62,563 bases of DNA from positions 1-62,563 of the forward strand of contig JAXMNT010000044.1 of the NCBI GenBank assembly GCA_034670305.1. Direction: 5' to 3'. The position numbers and the translations under genes are program-made. The stretch comes from Deltaproteobacteria bacterium (GTDB taxonomy: Bacteria > Myxococcota_A > Polyangia > Polyangiales > Houyiibacteriaceae). The notes under the pieces are model-generated. The model was not told the DNA's origin. It saw only the letters and a program-made list of their open reading frames with translations, and ran no database searches. Of this stretch, positions 41,129 through 51,185 are shown one piece after another (position 1 is the first letter of the stretch; every line of letters starts with the position of its first letter).

Positions 41129-41977
41129 ATGAAGATTGCAACCAACCTCGAGGGCGCATCGTTCGACGTCGGGCTCGACCGTCCGTTCTTCCTGATTGCG
41201 GGCCCGTGCGTGATCGAGAGCCGGGATCTGTGTTTTCAGATCGCCGAAGAGATGAAAGCGATCACCGGCCGGCTCGGCATTCCGTACGTGTTCAAGGCGA
41301 GCTTCGACAAAGCGAATCGCACGTCCTCGAAGTCGTTCCGTGGGCCAGGCGTGCAAGAGGGCCTGGCGGTCCTCGAAGAGATCCGCAGCAAGGTGGGTGT
41401 GCCGGTCCTGACCGACGTGCACGAAGACACACCGATGGACGAGGTCGCCTCGGTGGTCGACATCCTCCAGACGCCCGCGTTTCTCTGCCGGCAGACGAAC
41501 TTCATGCAGCGGGTCGCCCGCGCCGGGAAACCGGTCAACGTCAAGAAGGGGCAGTTCCTCGCGCCGTGGGACATGAAACACGTGGTCGAGAAGTGCCGCG
41601 AGACCGGCAACCAGGACATCCTGGTGTGCGAGCGCGGCGCGAGCTTCGGCTACAACACCCTCGTCTCGGACATGCGCGGCTTGGCGCTCATGCGCGACAC
41701 CAAAGCCCCGGTCGTCTTCGACGCGACCCACTCGGTGCAGCAGCCCGGCGGTCAGGGCGCAACCTCGGGCGGCCAGTCTCAGCTCGTGCCCGTCGTGGCG
41801 CGCGCGGCGATCGCGGCCGGCATCAGCGGCGTCTTCATGGAGACGCACCCCGACCCTTCCCAGGCGCTCAGCGACGGACCGAACATGTGGCGGCTCGATC
41901 GCATGGAGGAGTTGCTGTCGGTGCTCGTCGAGCTCGATCGGGTGGTGAAGAAACAACCGTTTGCCGAAGGGCTCTAG
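41129..41977 (+). CDS. kdsA: KDO-8-phosphate synthase
   Basis: [51 protein letters not shown] and ALSDG. Confidence 0.97.
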   Translation: MKIATNLEGASFDVGLDRPFFLIAGPCVIESRDLCFQIAEEMKAITGRLGIPYVFKASFDKANRTSSKSFRGPGVQEGLAVLEEIRSKVGVPVLTDVHEDTPMDEVASVVDILQTPAFLCRQTNFMQRVARAGKPVNVKKGQFLAPWDMKHVVEKCRETGNQDILVCERGASFGYNTLVSDMRGLALMRDTKAPVVFDATHSVQQPGGQGATSGGQSQLVPVVARAAIAAGISGVFMETHPDPSQALSDGPNMWRLDRMEELLSVLVELDRVVKKQPFAEGL

Positions 41978-42074
41978 GCCGCGCCTCGGGCCGGCTTTCG
42001 ACAACCGATGTTTCACGACCTGCCCAGCCACCGCGGCCTGACGTCGCTCGGTGGGTCTCTCCTTCGTTGAGTTC

Positions 42075-44096
42075 ATGAGCGTTCCCGATCGAATCGGCGT
42101 CGTCGGAACCACCTCGTCCGGCATCGCGCGTCTGCCCCGGCTGCGGGCATTCCTTGGGGCGGATCGGATCGAGCTCCGGGCCTTCGCTCGGGTCGATGCG
42201 ATGGTGGGCTGGGGACGCAAGACCAACACCGCTCGAGCCCGACGCGTCGCGGCCCGCCTAGAGCGCCCCTTCCTGGCGTTGGAAGACGGGTTTCTGCGAT
42301 CGATGGGGCTCGGCAAACATGGGCACGCGCCGTGGTCGCTGGTGGTCGACGACCTGGGCATCTACTACGACGCGACCCGGACCTCGCGGCTCGAACACCT
42401 TCTGCAGTTCGGCACGTTCGGGGGCGCCGAGCGCCGGCGGGCGCGACGCGCGATCGACCTGATCGTCGAGACCAACCTCAGCAAGTACAACCACGCGCCG
42501 GACTTCGACCTCGGCCCCGCGACGTCTCGGCGGGTCTTGGTCGTCGACCAATCGGACGGGGACCTGTCGCTGACGCTCGGCCGCGCGCGACCCTTCGACG
42601 CGATGCTGCGGGACACGCTCGCGGAGCATCCCGACGCGGAGATCCTACTCAAGACCCACCCCGACGCATTGGCGGGGCGCGCGCGTTCGTCGTTCGATCC
42701 GGCCCGCCTCGATCCACGGGTGCGGGTGCTCGGCGCGCCGGCCTCGCCGCAGCATCTGATCGCGCAGGTGGATCACGTCGTGACCCGCACCTCGCAGTTC
42801 GGATTCGAAGCCCTGATGGCCGGACGGTCTGTGACCCTGCACGGCGCCCCCTTCTACGGCGGCTGGGGTCTGACGGATGACCGCGTCTCGATCCCGCGAC
42901 GCACCACGCACCGATCGGTCGAAGAGATTTTCGCGGCCGCCTACCTGCGCTACGCCCGCTACGTCGATCCCGAGACCGAAGAGCGCTGCGAGCTCGAGAC
43001 GGTGATCGAGCGGCTGGCGCTGCAACGACGACTTCAAGAACGCAACCGCGGCACCACCGTCGCGGTCGGTTTCTCCCGCTGGAAACAGAGCTTCGTGCCT
43101 GCGTTCGTCTCCGGGATCGGATCGACCGTCCGGTTCGGCGCCGCGTCCGAGCCGGCGGACCGAGTGCTGGTGTGGGGCACTCGATCGGTGGATGTCTCCC
43201 CGCGAGGAACCAGCGGCAGCCCGGTCGTGTGGCGCATGGAGGATGGGTTTCTGCGCTCGGTCGGGCTCGGCTCGGACCTGCACGCCCCTTCGTCCCTCGT
43301 CGTGGATCGGGCGGGCATGTACTACGATCCCCGCACGCCTTCCGAACTCGAAGAACTCCTGCAGCATGGGTCCTTCTCGGAGGACGAACTCCGGCGTGCG
43401 CGGGTCCTGCGCGCACGGATCGCGGCGTCGGGCCTGAGCAAGTACAACCCGACCACGGCGCAGCGGGTTCGGGGCCGCGCCGATCGCGATGTGGTGCTGG
43501 TGGTCGGGCAAGTCGAAGACGACGCCTCGATCCGGCTCGGCTGCCTGGACGTGCGCACCAACGAGGCGCTCTTGACCGAGGCGCGCGCGGCCCGACCGGA
43601 CGCGCACCTGCTCTACAAACCTCATCCGGACGTGGTCAGCGGCAACCGCGTCGGTGCGGTGGGCGCCGCGGCGCAGATCGCCGACGAAGTGGTCGTGGAC
43701 GCGTCGCTCGCCGAGTGTCTGCACCACGCGGCCGAGGTGCACACCATGACCTCGCTCGTCGGCTTCGAGGCGCTCTTGCGCGGGTTGCACGTCGTTGTCT
43801 ACGGCCAGCCCTTCTACGCTGGCTGGGGGTTGACCGAAGACCGCCACCCGCACCCACGGCGCACCCGGCGGGTCGGCCTCGACGCGCTGGTCGCCGCGAC
43901 GCTCATTCGGTACCCGCGCTATGTGAGCCAAACGACCGGCCAGCTCGTACCCCCCGAAGTGATCGTCGACCAACTCCTGCGCGCGCGCACCGAGACCCCG
44001 ACTTCCATCGGCAGCACCCGCCTCGGTCGCGCTGCGCGCAAGGCCGCCAACCTCGCCACGGTGCTCCTGCGGGCGGCGAAGCGGAGTCCCTCGTGA
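42075..44096 (+). CDS. kpsC: Capsule beta-Kdo transferase (two GT modules)
   Basis: Duplicated EDGFLRS.GLG, G.YYD, SKYN, K.HPD and PFY.GWGLT.D motifs. Confidence 0.93.
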   Translation: MSVPDRIGVVGTTSSGIARLPRLRAFLGADRIELRAFARVDAMVGWGRKTNTARARRVAARLERPFLALEDGFLRSMGLGKHGHAPWSLVVDDLGIYYDATRTSRLEHLLQFGTFGGAERRRARRAIDLIVETNLSKYNHAPDFDLGPATSRRVLVVDQSDGDLSLTLGRARPFDAMLRDTLAEHPDAEILLKTHPDALAGRARSSFDPARLDPRVRVLGAPASPQHLIAQVDHVVTRTSQFGFEALMAGRSVTLHGAPFYGGWGLTDDRVSIPRRTTHRSVEEIFAAAYLRYARYVDPETEERCELETVIERLALQRRLQERNRGTTVAVGFSRWKQSFVPAFVSGIGSTVRFGAASEPADRVLVWGTRSVDVSPRGTSGSPVVWRMEDGFLRSVGLGSDLHAPSSLVVDRAGMYYDPRTPSELEELLQHGSFSEDELRRARVLRARIAASGLSKYNPTTAQRVRGRADRDVVLVVGQVEDDASIRLGCLDVRTNEALLTEARAARPDAHLLYKPHPDVVSGNRVGAVGAAAQIADEVVVDASLAECLHHAAEVHTMTSLVGFEALLRGLHVVVYGQPFYAGWGLTEDRHPHPRRTRRVGLDALVAATLIRYPRYVSQTTGQLVPPEVIVDQLLRARTETPTSIGSTRLGRAARKAANLATVLLRAAKRSPS

Positions 44097-45343
44097 GTTC
44101 CGAACGGGCACGGGCGCATGGAGTCGCGCCGCACGCAAAGCATGCGGTCTTGCTGCAAGGGCCGGCGGGTCCCTTCATGAAGCGGCTCGCCTCCGAGTTG
44201 CGCGCGCACGGCACGCGCGTGACGAAGATCAACTTCCACATCGGCGATGTGCTCTTCTTTTCCGGGCCCGAGGCGGTGCCCTTCCGAGGCACGTTGGCAG
44301 AGTGGCCGGCGTTCATCCGCACCGTGTTCGAACGGACCGGGTGCGACGCGCTCTTTCTCTTCGGCGACCAGCGCCCGCTGCATCGGGAAGCGGTGCGGGT
44401 GGCGAACGCGCTCGGGATCCAGGTGTGGGTCTTCGAGGAGGGCTACCTGCGGCCGGAGTGGGTCACGATCGAGAAGGGCGGCGTCAACGGACGTTCGCCG
44501 CTGCCGCGGGAACCGGAGCGGTACCGCGAAGCGAAGTGGCCTGTGCAGCGGGAGTCGCAGGGCACCGTTCGGCGCGCGTTCGCCCGCTCGGCTTGGTTCT
44601 CCACCTTGAACGCGCTGGCCTTCACCCACTTCAACGGGCCGTTCGCGGCGTACGAACACCACCGGAACCTCAATGCGTGGTTTCACACCGCGAGTTGGCT
44701 GCGCGGGACCGCGCGCAAGCAGTGGTTCCAGCTGGCCGAGCGCCACCGCATGGCGGCGTTCACCGGGCCGCTCTCGAAGCGCTACGTCTTCGTCCCGCTG
44801 CAGGTCTACTGCGACTTCCAGCTCCGCTACTCGAAGTACGAAGACATCGTCGAGTTCATTCGCGAGGTCACCGCGGCGTTCGCGAAGTCGGGTTCGAAGG
44901 ACCATGCGATCGTCTTCAAGCACCATCCGATGGATCGACCGTTTCGGGAGTACGGTGCGCTCTTCGATGCGCTTCGAGAGGAGCACGGCCTCGGCGAGCG
45001 GCTTTGCTACGTACACGATCTGCACTTGCCGACTTTGCTGAAACACGCGTTCGCCACGGTCACCATCAACAGCACCGTCGGCATCCAGTCCATTCACCAC
45101 GGCACGCCGGTGAAGTGTCTCGGCGAAGCGGTGTACGACTTGCCGGGACTCACCGACCCGCAGCCGCTCGAGACGTTCCTGACGTCGCCCGCCGCGCCCG
45201 ACGAGTCGCTCTACCGAGCGTTCCGCGAGTGGCTGCTGCACGAGAACCAGATCAACGGCAACTTCTACGAACGCCTCAACGAAGACGCCGGCCCCACGGG
45301 TTTCCTGTGGCCCCCCGCGCTAGGCGACAGCGAAGACGGGTAG
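44093..45343 (+). CDS. kpsS: Capsule Kdo transferase
   Basis: LLQGPAGPF, FEEGYLRP...T.E.GGVNG.S, VPLQV..D.Q, FKHHPMD, TINSTVG and QINGNFY. GTGA overlap with kpsC. Confidence 0.93.
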   Translation: MSSERARAHGVAPHAKHAVLLQGPAGPFMKRLASELRAHGTRVTKINFHIGDVLFFSGPEAVPFRGTLAEWPAFIRTVFERTGCDALFLFGDQRPLHREAVRVANALGIQVWVFEEGYLRPEWVTIEKGGVNGRSPLPREPERYREAKWPVQRESQGTVRRAFARSAWFSTLNALAFTHFNGPFAAYEHHRNLNAWFHTASWLRGTARKQWFQLAERHRMAAFTGPLSKRYVFVPLQVYCDFQLRYSKYEDIVEFIREVTAAFAKSGSKDHAIVFKHHPMDRPFREYGALFDALREEHGLGERLCYVHDLHLPTLLKHAFATVTINSTVGIQSIHHGTPVKCLGEAVYDLPGLTDPQPLETFLTSPAAPDESLYRAFREWLLHENQINGNFYERLNEDAGPTGFLWPPALGDSEDG

Positions 45344-45380
45344 CAGCGGCGGTCGACACTTCCGTCGCGGACAAACAAAC

Positions 45381-45756
45381 CACGGGCACGGGCACGGGCA
45401 CGGGCACGGGCACGGGAACCGCACATCCTCTCCTTCGGATTCGGATTCGGCATCGGCGTCGGCTTCGGCTTCGGCTTCTGCGTCGGCGTCGGTGTCGGCT
45501 TCGGCGTCGGCCTCGGCATCGGCGTCGGCGTCGGCATCGGCATCGGCATCGGCTTCGGCATCGGCGTCGGCTTTCTGCTTCGGCGTCGGCTTTCTGCTTC
45601 GGCGTCGGCGTCGGCGTCGGCATCGGCATCGGCATCGGCATCGGCATCGGCATCGGCGTCGGCATCGGCATCGGCGTCGGCATCGGCGTCGGCGTCGGCT
45701 TCGGAGTCGGCTTCGGAGTCGCCGGCGTCGGGGTCGGATTCGGTGCCGGCTTCGCC
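45381..45756. repeat. Composite hexamer tract: (CACGGG)x6, short unique spacer, then (GGCATC/GGCGTC/GGCTTC)n
   Basis: Fills most of the gap between convergent kpsS and kdsC-kdsB. Confidence 0.93.
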
Positions 45757-45758
45757 GA

Positions 45759-47000
45759 CTACTCGAACCCAGCCCGCGCCCGCGCGAGGTCCTCCGGCGT
45801 GTCGATGCCCGGCGGCGGTGCCTCCTGGAGAAGGGACACATGGATCTGGATGCCGAGGTGCAGCGCGCGCAACTGCTCGAGCGACTCGACCTCTTCCAAG
45901 GCGCAGGGCGTGGTCTCGCTCAGAAGACGCAGGGTGCGCACGCGGTACGCGTACAAGCCGATGTGGTGCAGCGCGCCGAGCGCCCGCACGCGCTTGTCGG
46001 TCAGGTCGTTCATCTTGCCGCGCAACCAGGGCATCGGCGCACGGGAGAACGTGAGCGCGAACTGGTACTGGTCGAGGCAGACCTTCACGACGTTCTCGTC
46101 GAGGTAGGACGCGCAGGTGGCGATCGGCGCCGCGGCGGTGGCGAGTCCCGCGCTCGGGTTGGCGGCGAGCGCGCGGGCGATGCGGCCGGGGAGGGTCGGG
46201 GGAATCAGCGGTTCGTCGCCCTGGAGGTTCACGACGATCGAGTCGTCGTCCCAGCCGAGCTCCGCCGCGACCTCGGCGATTCGGTCGGTGCCGGACCGGT
46301 GGTCCAGTCGGGTCCGGACGGTGCGCACTTTGCCGAGCCCCGCCGCCGCGACCGCGTCTTCGATCCGGCCGTCGTCCGAAGCGACCACCACATCGTCCGC
46401 ACCGCACCGCAACGCGCGTTCGGCCACCCGGACCACCATCGGTTTGCCGCCGAGGTCGACCAAGGGTTTGCCCGGAAGCCGGGTCGACGCGTAGCGCGCA
46501 GGGATCACGATTCGGAACCGGCCCTCGCGGGCGCGACCAGCCAGGATCGCGTCCGCCACTTCTCGGACGGCGCCGTCTCCGCCCTTGCGGGTGGTCACCC
46601 AGCGGGCGTACGCGCGCACCTTCGCGTGGGCGTCGGCGACCGCGATCGGCAGGCCGACCTGTTGCATCGCGGGCAGGTCGATCACGTCGTCGCCGACGTA
46701 CGCCATCTCGGCCAGCTTCACCCCGAGCGCCGCGCTCAGACCGCGGATGGCGCCGCCCTTGTCGTGGCACGCGAGAATGCGGTTATCGACGCCGAGATCA
46801 TCCAGTCGCCGCCGAAGCGGCGCGGAGTCTTTGGCGCTGATCACCGCGACCTGAATGCCTTCGGCGAGCAGCAACTTCACGCCCTGACCGTCCCGGGCGT
46901 GGAACGGTTTGAGCGCTTCGCCTTCCGGTCCATACCAGAGACGACCATCGGTGAAGACGCCGTCGACGTCGAGAATGAGCGCGCGAATCCCGTCCAGCAT
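45759..47000 (-). CDS. kdsB: Fused KDO-8-P phosphatase (KdsC) and CMP-Kdo synthetase (KdsB/KpsU)
   Basis: N-terminal HAD motifs LDVDGVFTDG, YVGDD..D and GG.GAVRE; C-terminal IPARYASTRLPGKPL, SGTDR, NLQGDEP, HIGLYAY and LEQLR. Confidence 0.92.
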   Translation of the reverse strand: MLDGIRALILDVDGVFTDGRLWYGPEGEALKPFHARDGQGVKLLLAEGIQVAVISAKDSAPLRRRLDDLGVDNRILACHDKGGAIRGLSAALGVKLAEMAYVGDDVIDLPAMQQVGLPIAVADAHAKVRAYARWVTTRKGGDGAVREVADAILAGRAREGRFRIVIPARYASTRLPGKPLVDLGGKPMVVRVAERALRCGADDVVVASDDGRIEDAVAAAGLGKVRTVRTRLDHRSGTDRIAEVAAELGWDDDSIVVNLQGDEPLIPPTLPGRIARALAANPSAGLATAAAPIATCASYLDENVVKVCLDQYQFALTFSRAPMPWLRGKMNDLTDKRVRALGALHHIGLYAYRVRTLRLLSETTPCALEEVESLEQLRALHLGIQIHVSLLQEAPPPGIDTPEDLARARAGFE

Positions 47001-47090
47001 GTGAACCGAGCCTGTCACACACGAGGAGCGCCTTCCACCAACCCTTGCCCTCGCACCTTGCCCTCGCGGCCGAATCCGCTCCCGATCCCG

Positions 47091-48638
47091 TCAGCGCGAC
47101 AGGCCCAACGAGAGGGTGAGCTGCCGCAGGCCCGACCGGTGTCGCAGGTCTTCGAGCAGGGTGTGGCGTCGCTGACTCCGCACCCCGACCTCCACGTACA
47201 GACTCCGCGGGGTGTGCACCCGAAACCAGCCTTCCAGGTCCAGCGATTGGTCCCGCGATTCGATGTCCACCGTCAGGTCGGCCTGGGTCCGGTCGCGGCC
47301 CTCCCGCGACTCCCAACGCCCGAACCACGTGCGGCCTCCGAGGTCGATCCGCACCCGCGGCCAGAAGAACGTCAGCTCCGCGCTGAGCTCCGCGCTCATG
47401 CCCCAGCCGTAGGTGTAGTTCTGCTTCTCGAGGATGCTCTTGGTGTTTTCTGCCGGATGTGCGGCTTGCCACTCGGCAAACGGCTCCGTGTGCACCCCCG
47501 CGAAGTCGGGATGCATCCGCGCCATGGTGTGCAGTTGGACGCGGGGCGAGACCAACGTCCCCTCGAGCGACAGACCTGGCAGCTGCACGATGCCGAGGCG
47601 GTCGTGCCACCCCGAGGTCGCGTCGTCGGCACGGCGCCGGTAAGTCTGCCGGCGGTAGCGGTACCCCATGCCCAGCCCCGCGATGACGGCGCTCCCGCGG
47701 CCGTCTTGGATCGACTGCGCTTCGACGCCGAACAAGACGTTGTCCGCTGCCAGATCGAACCCACCGCCGGCCCGCCCCCGCGTCGCGCGCGCCCTTAGGC
47801 GGCTGACGTTCGCGTCGTGAAAGAACCGCCGGTAGCGCCCCTCGCGCAGGTGTCCGGGCAGGTCGATCAACGTGCCGTCGAAGTCGATCGTGTGGAGGTG
47901 AAAACGCCGCGACGGATCGGTGGCGAGCGTGGCGCCGTAGCCCAACCGAAACGCATGGTTCCACCGGCCATCGATGCCTGCGTCCACGCCGCGCCGGCGC
48001 CGGATGGCGCGGGACAGTGCTTGCGGCGTACCGAAGAGCCAAGCGAGCGCGCGTCTCCCGCGCGAAGGCGCCGGCGTGTCGTGCAAGAAGCGGCCGAGCT
48101 TGTGGAAGAACTCTCCGACGACCAGCCCAGCGGCGGGCGTCGCGATCTGATCATTGACCGAGACCCGCTCCCGGAACTCGAGCAGCCACTCCCACACGAA
48201 CGACGTCACGAACGCGTAGGTGAACGAGACCCCGACCGAGAGATCGTTGCTGCGCGCGAAACCGTAGAACGCGGACCCGCTCATCGGATGCAGAACGAAG
48301 TTCACGCCGAACTGGTTGTTGTCCATCCGGAACGCGTCGCGGTCGAACCGGTCGCCCCAGCTGTCGAAGTCCCAGTCCGCGACGTTCTTGTCTTTGTCGA
48401 TCCAGTACCAGGCAGTGCCACCGGCCAAGAACACCGTCATCTCGACCGCCGCCGTGAACGGCGCCGGGTCGTGCCGTGCGGTGCGCAGCCGATACGCGGC
48501 TTCCGCATTCACGCATTCGACGGTCCCCGCGTAGCTGCCCGGCGCGCAGGTTCGTTCGGAACCGGGCGCGTCCTGCGCGGACGCGTGCCCACTCAGCCAC
48601 ATCACGCCGACGCCCCAGAGCGCCATCCATCTCTTCAT
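47091..48638 (-). CDS. DUF3943-like secreted/outer-membrane protein
   Basis: Signal peptide; D.N.F..NF..HP.SG...Y..AR and WE...E....S.ND...TP..G...GE pattern; beta-strand-rich C-terminus. Confidence 0.7.
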   Translation of the reverse strand: MKRWMALWGVGVMWLSGHASAQDAPGSERTCAPGSYAGTVECVNAEAAYRLRTARHDPAPFTAAVEMTVFLAGGTAWYWIDKDKNVADWDFDSWGDRFDRDAFRMDNNQFGVNFVLHPMSGSAFYGFARSNDLSVGVSFTYAFVTSFVWEWLLEFRERVSVNDQIATPAAGLVVGEFFHKLGRFLHDTPAPSRGRRALAWLFGTPQALSRAIRRRRGVDAGIDGRWNHAFRLGYGATLATDPSRRFHLHTIDFDGTLIDLPGHLREGRYRRFFHDANVSRLRARATRGRAGGGFDLAADNVLFGVEAQSIQDGRGSAVIAGLGMGYRYRRQTYRRRADDATSGWHDRLGIVQLPGLSLEGTLVSPRVQLHTMARMHPDFAGVHTEPFAEWQAAHPAENTKSILEKQNYTYGWGMSAELSAELTFFWPRVRIDLGGRTWFGRWESREGRDRTQADLTVDIESRDQSLDLEGWFRVHTPRSLYVEVGVRSQRRHTLLEDLRHRSGLRQLTLSLGLSR

Positions 48639-48682
48639 CCCGCGCACGGCCACCTCATAGCAGCCTTGTCCGCGGCACGCCG

Positions 48683-48768
48683 TTCGGACTCGGCTCGGCT
48701 TCGGTCGGCTTCTGTCGGCTTCGGTCGCCTTCGGCGTCGGGCTCAGCTTCGGCTCGGCTTCGGCTCCC
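48683..48768. repeat. Degenerate (TTCGGC)-type tract
   Basis: Imperfect GGCTTC/GGCTC units between two minus-strand genes. Confidence 0.7.
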
Positions 48769-48769
48769 G

Positions 48770-49516
48770 CTACCAGCGGACGGCGGCGACGCCGTTCTCT
48801 TGCCGGAGCTGCAGCAGTTCACGGCCGAGGCGTTTGCGGGCGCGGATGCGCCGGATGAGGGTGACGAGGCCCGTCACGGCAAGTGCGAAGCCGGCCGACG
48901 CGACCACCGCGAACGCGACGGTGCCCGGGTTGGTCGTGTCTTCGCAGACGTCGAAGCAGTCGCCGCTCCAGCTGAAGAAGGCCGAGAGCCATCCGCCGAT
49001 CCAGGTGAGGTTCGCGCCGACCATCAGCATGGTCATCGATCCACCCACCCGAATCCTCCGACGCTGCTGTTCGAGTTCGTGCATGCGCGCGGCGACCTGC
49101 GGGTCGAGCTGGGGGACTCGAAGCTGGGTGTACGGGGACTGGGTGTACGGGGATTGGGTGGGGGCGTACCCGGCGGGGTGACCCGGCGCGGTGCCATAGG
49201 TCTGAGGCACGACGTAGACGGGGTACTGGGCCTGCGGGAGCTGCTGAGGCTGTGCCTGCTGCTGAGGCTGAACCTGCTGCTGAGGCTGAACCTGCTGCTG
49301 AGGCTGAACCTGCTGCTGAGGCTGAACCTGCTGCTGAGGTTGTGCCTGTTGGAGCTGAGGGGCGGCAGGCGCGTTCTGCGGCCGCGGGGCCGAGATCCCA
49401 GAGCCGTCCTCGACCGTGATCCGCACTCGAACCGACGCGTCCTGGGCCTGTGCGGATCCGGTGTGGAGCGCTGCGAACGAGAGCGAGAGCGCGAACAGAC
49501 AGACAAAACGTCGCAT
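48770..49516 (-). CDS. Hypothetical exported/membrane protein with Gln/Pro-rich repeats
   Basis: Signal peptide ending AQA; 18-bp repeat encoding QQQVQP (about 49241-49348); two C-terminal TM segments. Confidence 0.75.
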   Translation of the reverse strand: MRRFVCLFALSLSFAALHTGSAQAQDASVRVRITVEDGSGISAPRPQNAPAAPQLQQAQPQQQVQPQQQVQPQQQVQPQQQVQPQQQAQPQQLPQAQYPVYVVPQTYGTAPGHPAGYAPTQSPYTQSPYTQLRVPQLDPQVAARMHELEQQRRRIRVGGSMTMLMVGANLTWIGGWLSAFFSWSGDCFDVCEDTTNPGTVAFAVVASAGFALAVTGLVTLIRRIRARKRLGRELLQLRQENGVAAVRW

Positions 49517-49736
49517 CGAAGAATCCCCTTGGTCGAGTGTGCGGGTGGTTGCGGCCCCTTGCCCTCCATCGCCCAGCACACCCACCCATAGAGCAAACCC
49601 CGCGCCAACCGCGAATCCCGGAGATCTGCGCCAGATGGCACACATCCGCACCCGGTGTGTCCGCGAGCTGTGGCGTGAGAGTCACGGGGTGGCTTTGTGG
49701 TGCGACGAAACAGGGGAGCGCGGCTGATCTGTGTGG

Positions 49737-49976
49737 TGCGACGGAACTCCCCCACACTCCCCCACAACTCTCCCCAACTCTCCCGAAACCAAACCAAGCG
49801 CCGACGAGAACCGGCCACCAAGCAGGAGAGCCCCGCCTACGAGAAACAAGCCAGCGGTTGGCTCCGTCAACGCGATGATTGCGACGTTCACGTGGTCATG
49901 CCTGCGGGTTGCGTGACTTGTGGGCGCCCCTCCGTTCCACGGGAGTTCGGGGAAGTTGAGGGGGAGTTCCGTCGCA
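49737..49976. mobile_element. 240-bp element bounded by inverted repeats (MITE-like or large stem-loop)
   Basis: TGCGACGGAACTCCCCC (49737-53) and its exact complement GGGGGAGTTCCGTCGCA (49960-76), extending imperfectly inward. Confidence 0.5.
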
Positions 49977-49988
49977 GAACCCCAGGGA

Positions 49989-50204
49989 GCCGAAGCCGAA
50001 GCCGACGCCGAAGCCGAAGCCGAAGCCGACCCCGAAGCCGACCCCGAAGCCGACCCCGAAGCCGACCCCGACCCCGACCCCGAAGCCGAACCCGACCCCG
50101 AAGCCGAAGCCGACCCCGACCCCGACCCCGAAGCCGAAGCCGACCCCGACCCCGACCCCGAAGCCGACGCCGAAGCCCACGCCGATCCCGATGCCCGATC
50201 CCGA
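49989..50204. repeat. Hexamer tract (GCCGAA/CCCGAC/CCCGAA)n
   Basis: About 215 bp of period-6 repeat; reverse-complement type of the (TTCGGC)n tracts. Confidence 0.93.
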
Positions 50205-50258
50205 CCGCCCAACGATCCAGCGTGGCATCCCGCGCCGGATTGGGGGAGGCTCGCGGGC

Positions 50259-51185
50259 ATGGCGAGACTGGACATGAAGGCGTGGCTGGCGCGGGTGGCG
50301 GGGGCCACTTCGACGGTGCCGATCGAGGACCCGGAGAGCGGCTGTACGATCTGGGTGAAACTCGAGTACCTGCTGCCGAGCGGCAGCACCAAGGACCGGG
50401 TGGCGGCGTTCATTCTCGGCCACGCGATCGAGACCGGGGCGGTTTCCGAAGACAGCATCGTGGTCGAAGCGTCGAGCGGCTCGACCTCGATCGCGTTCGC
50501 GATGGCGTGCGCGATGACCGGCGTCCGGTTCTGTGCGGTGATGCCGGAGGGCGTGACCTCCGAGCGGCTCCTCATCATCCGGCGCTACGGCGGCGAGGTG
50601 CATTTGACGCCGAAGGCGGACGGCATTCTCGGCGCCATCGAACGCACCCACGCGATGGCGGCGGACAACCCGCAGGTCTTCTTGCCGCGGCAGTTCGAGA
50701 ACCCGCTGAACGCGCTCGCCCACCAGCGCATCACCGGACCAGAGCTCATCACCCAGGTCGGACAGAGCATTCATGGGTTCGTGGCCGGCGTCGGCACGGG
50801 TGGCACGTTGATGGGCATCGCCCGCGCGCTCCACGACATGGGCCACCGCACCCGCTGCGTGCGGGTGCGGCCGACCACCGGCGTCTGCTTTCAAGGGCAG
50901 CCCGAGATCTGCGGCGGCATCCCCGGCGTGGTCGAAGGCATGAGTTCGTTGATGGACGACGCGCTGGTCGCCGAGGAGATGGACATCCCGGACACCGAAT
51001 GCATCCTCGCGGCGCGCGAACTCTGTGCGCGCGGCTTCGCGGTCGGCCCGTCGAGCGGCCTGAACTTCGCCGGCGCCAAACGTCTGGCCCGCAGCCTCGG
51101 CCCCGGACATCAGGTCGCGACGGTGCTCTGCGACCGGATGGAGCGCTACTTCTCCACCGACCTGTTCGGAGACCTGCGCTCGTGA
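50259..51185 (+). CDS. PLP-dependent cysteine-synthase-family protein (divergent)
   Basis: [14 protein letters not shown] (PLP Lys), EASSGST, QFEN..N..AH, GVGTGGT and GPSSG. Confidence 0.88.
   Translation: MARLDMKAWLARVAGATSTVPIEDPESGCTIWVKLEYLLPSGSTKDRVAAFILGHAIETGAVSEDSIVVEASSGSTSIAFAMACAMTGVRFCAVMPEGVTSERLLIIRRYGGEVHLTPKADGILGAIERTHAMAADNPQVFLPRQFENPLNALAHQRITGPELITQVGQSIHGFVAGVGTGGTLMGIARALHDMGHRTRCVRVRPTTGVCFQGQPEICGGIPGVVEGMSSLMDDALVAEEMDIPDTECILAARELCARGFAVGPSSGLNFAGAKRLARSLGPGHQVATVLCDRMERYFSTDLFGDLRS

Noticed and set aside
49682-49891. Small hydrophobic minus-strand ORF inside the inverted-repeat element (EPTAGLFLVGGALLLGGR, faintly PEP-CTERM-like)
   Set aside because: No convincing RBS, it runs through the repeat end, and the similarity is too weak to call.
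49920-50258. Acidic (EA/DP)n N-terminal extension of the cysteine-synthase-like protein
   Set aside because: In frame only because the tract lacks stops. A GGAGG RBS precedes ATG 50259, where family homology begins.
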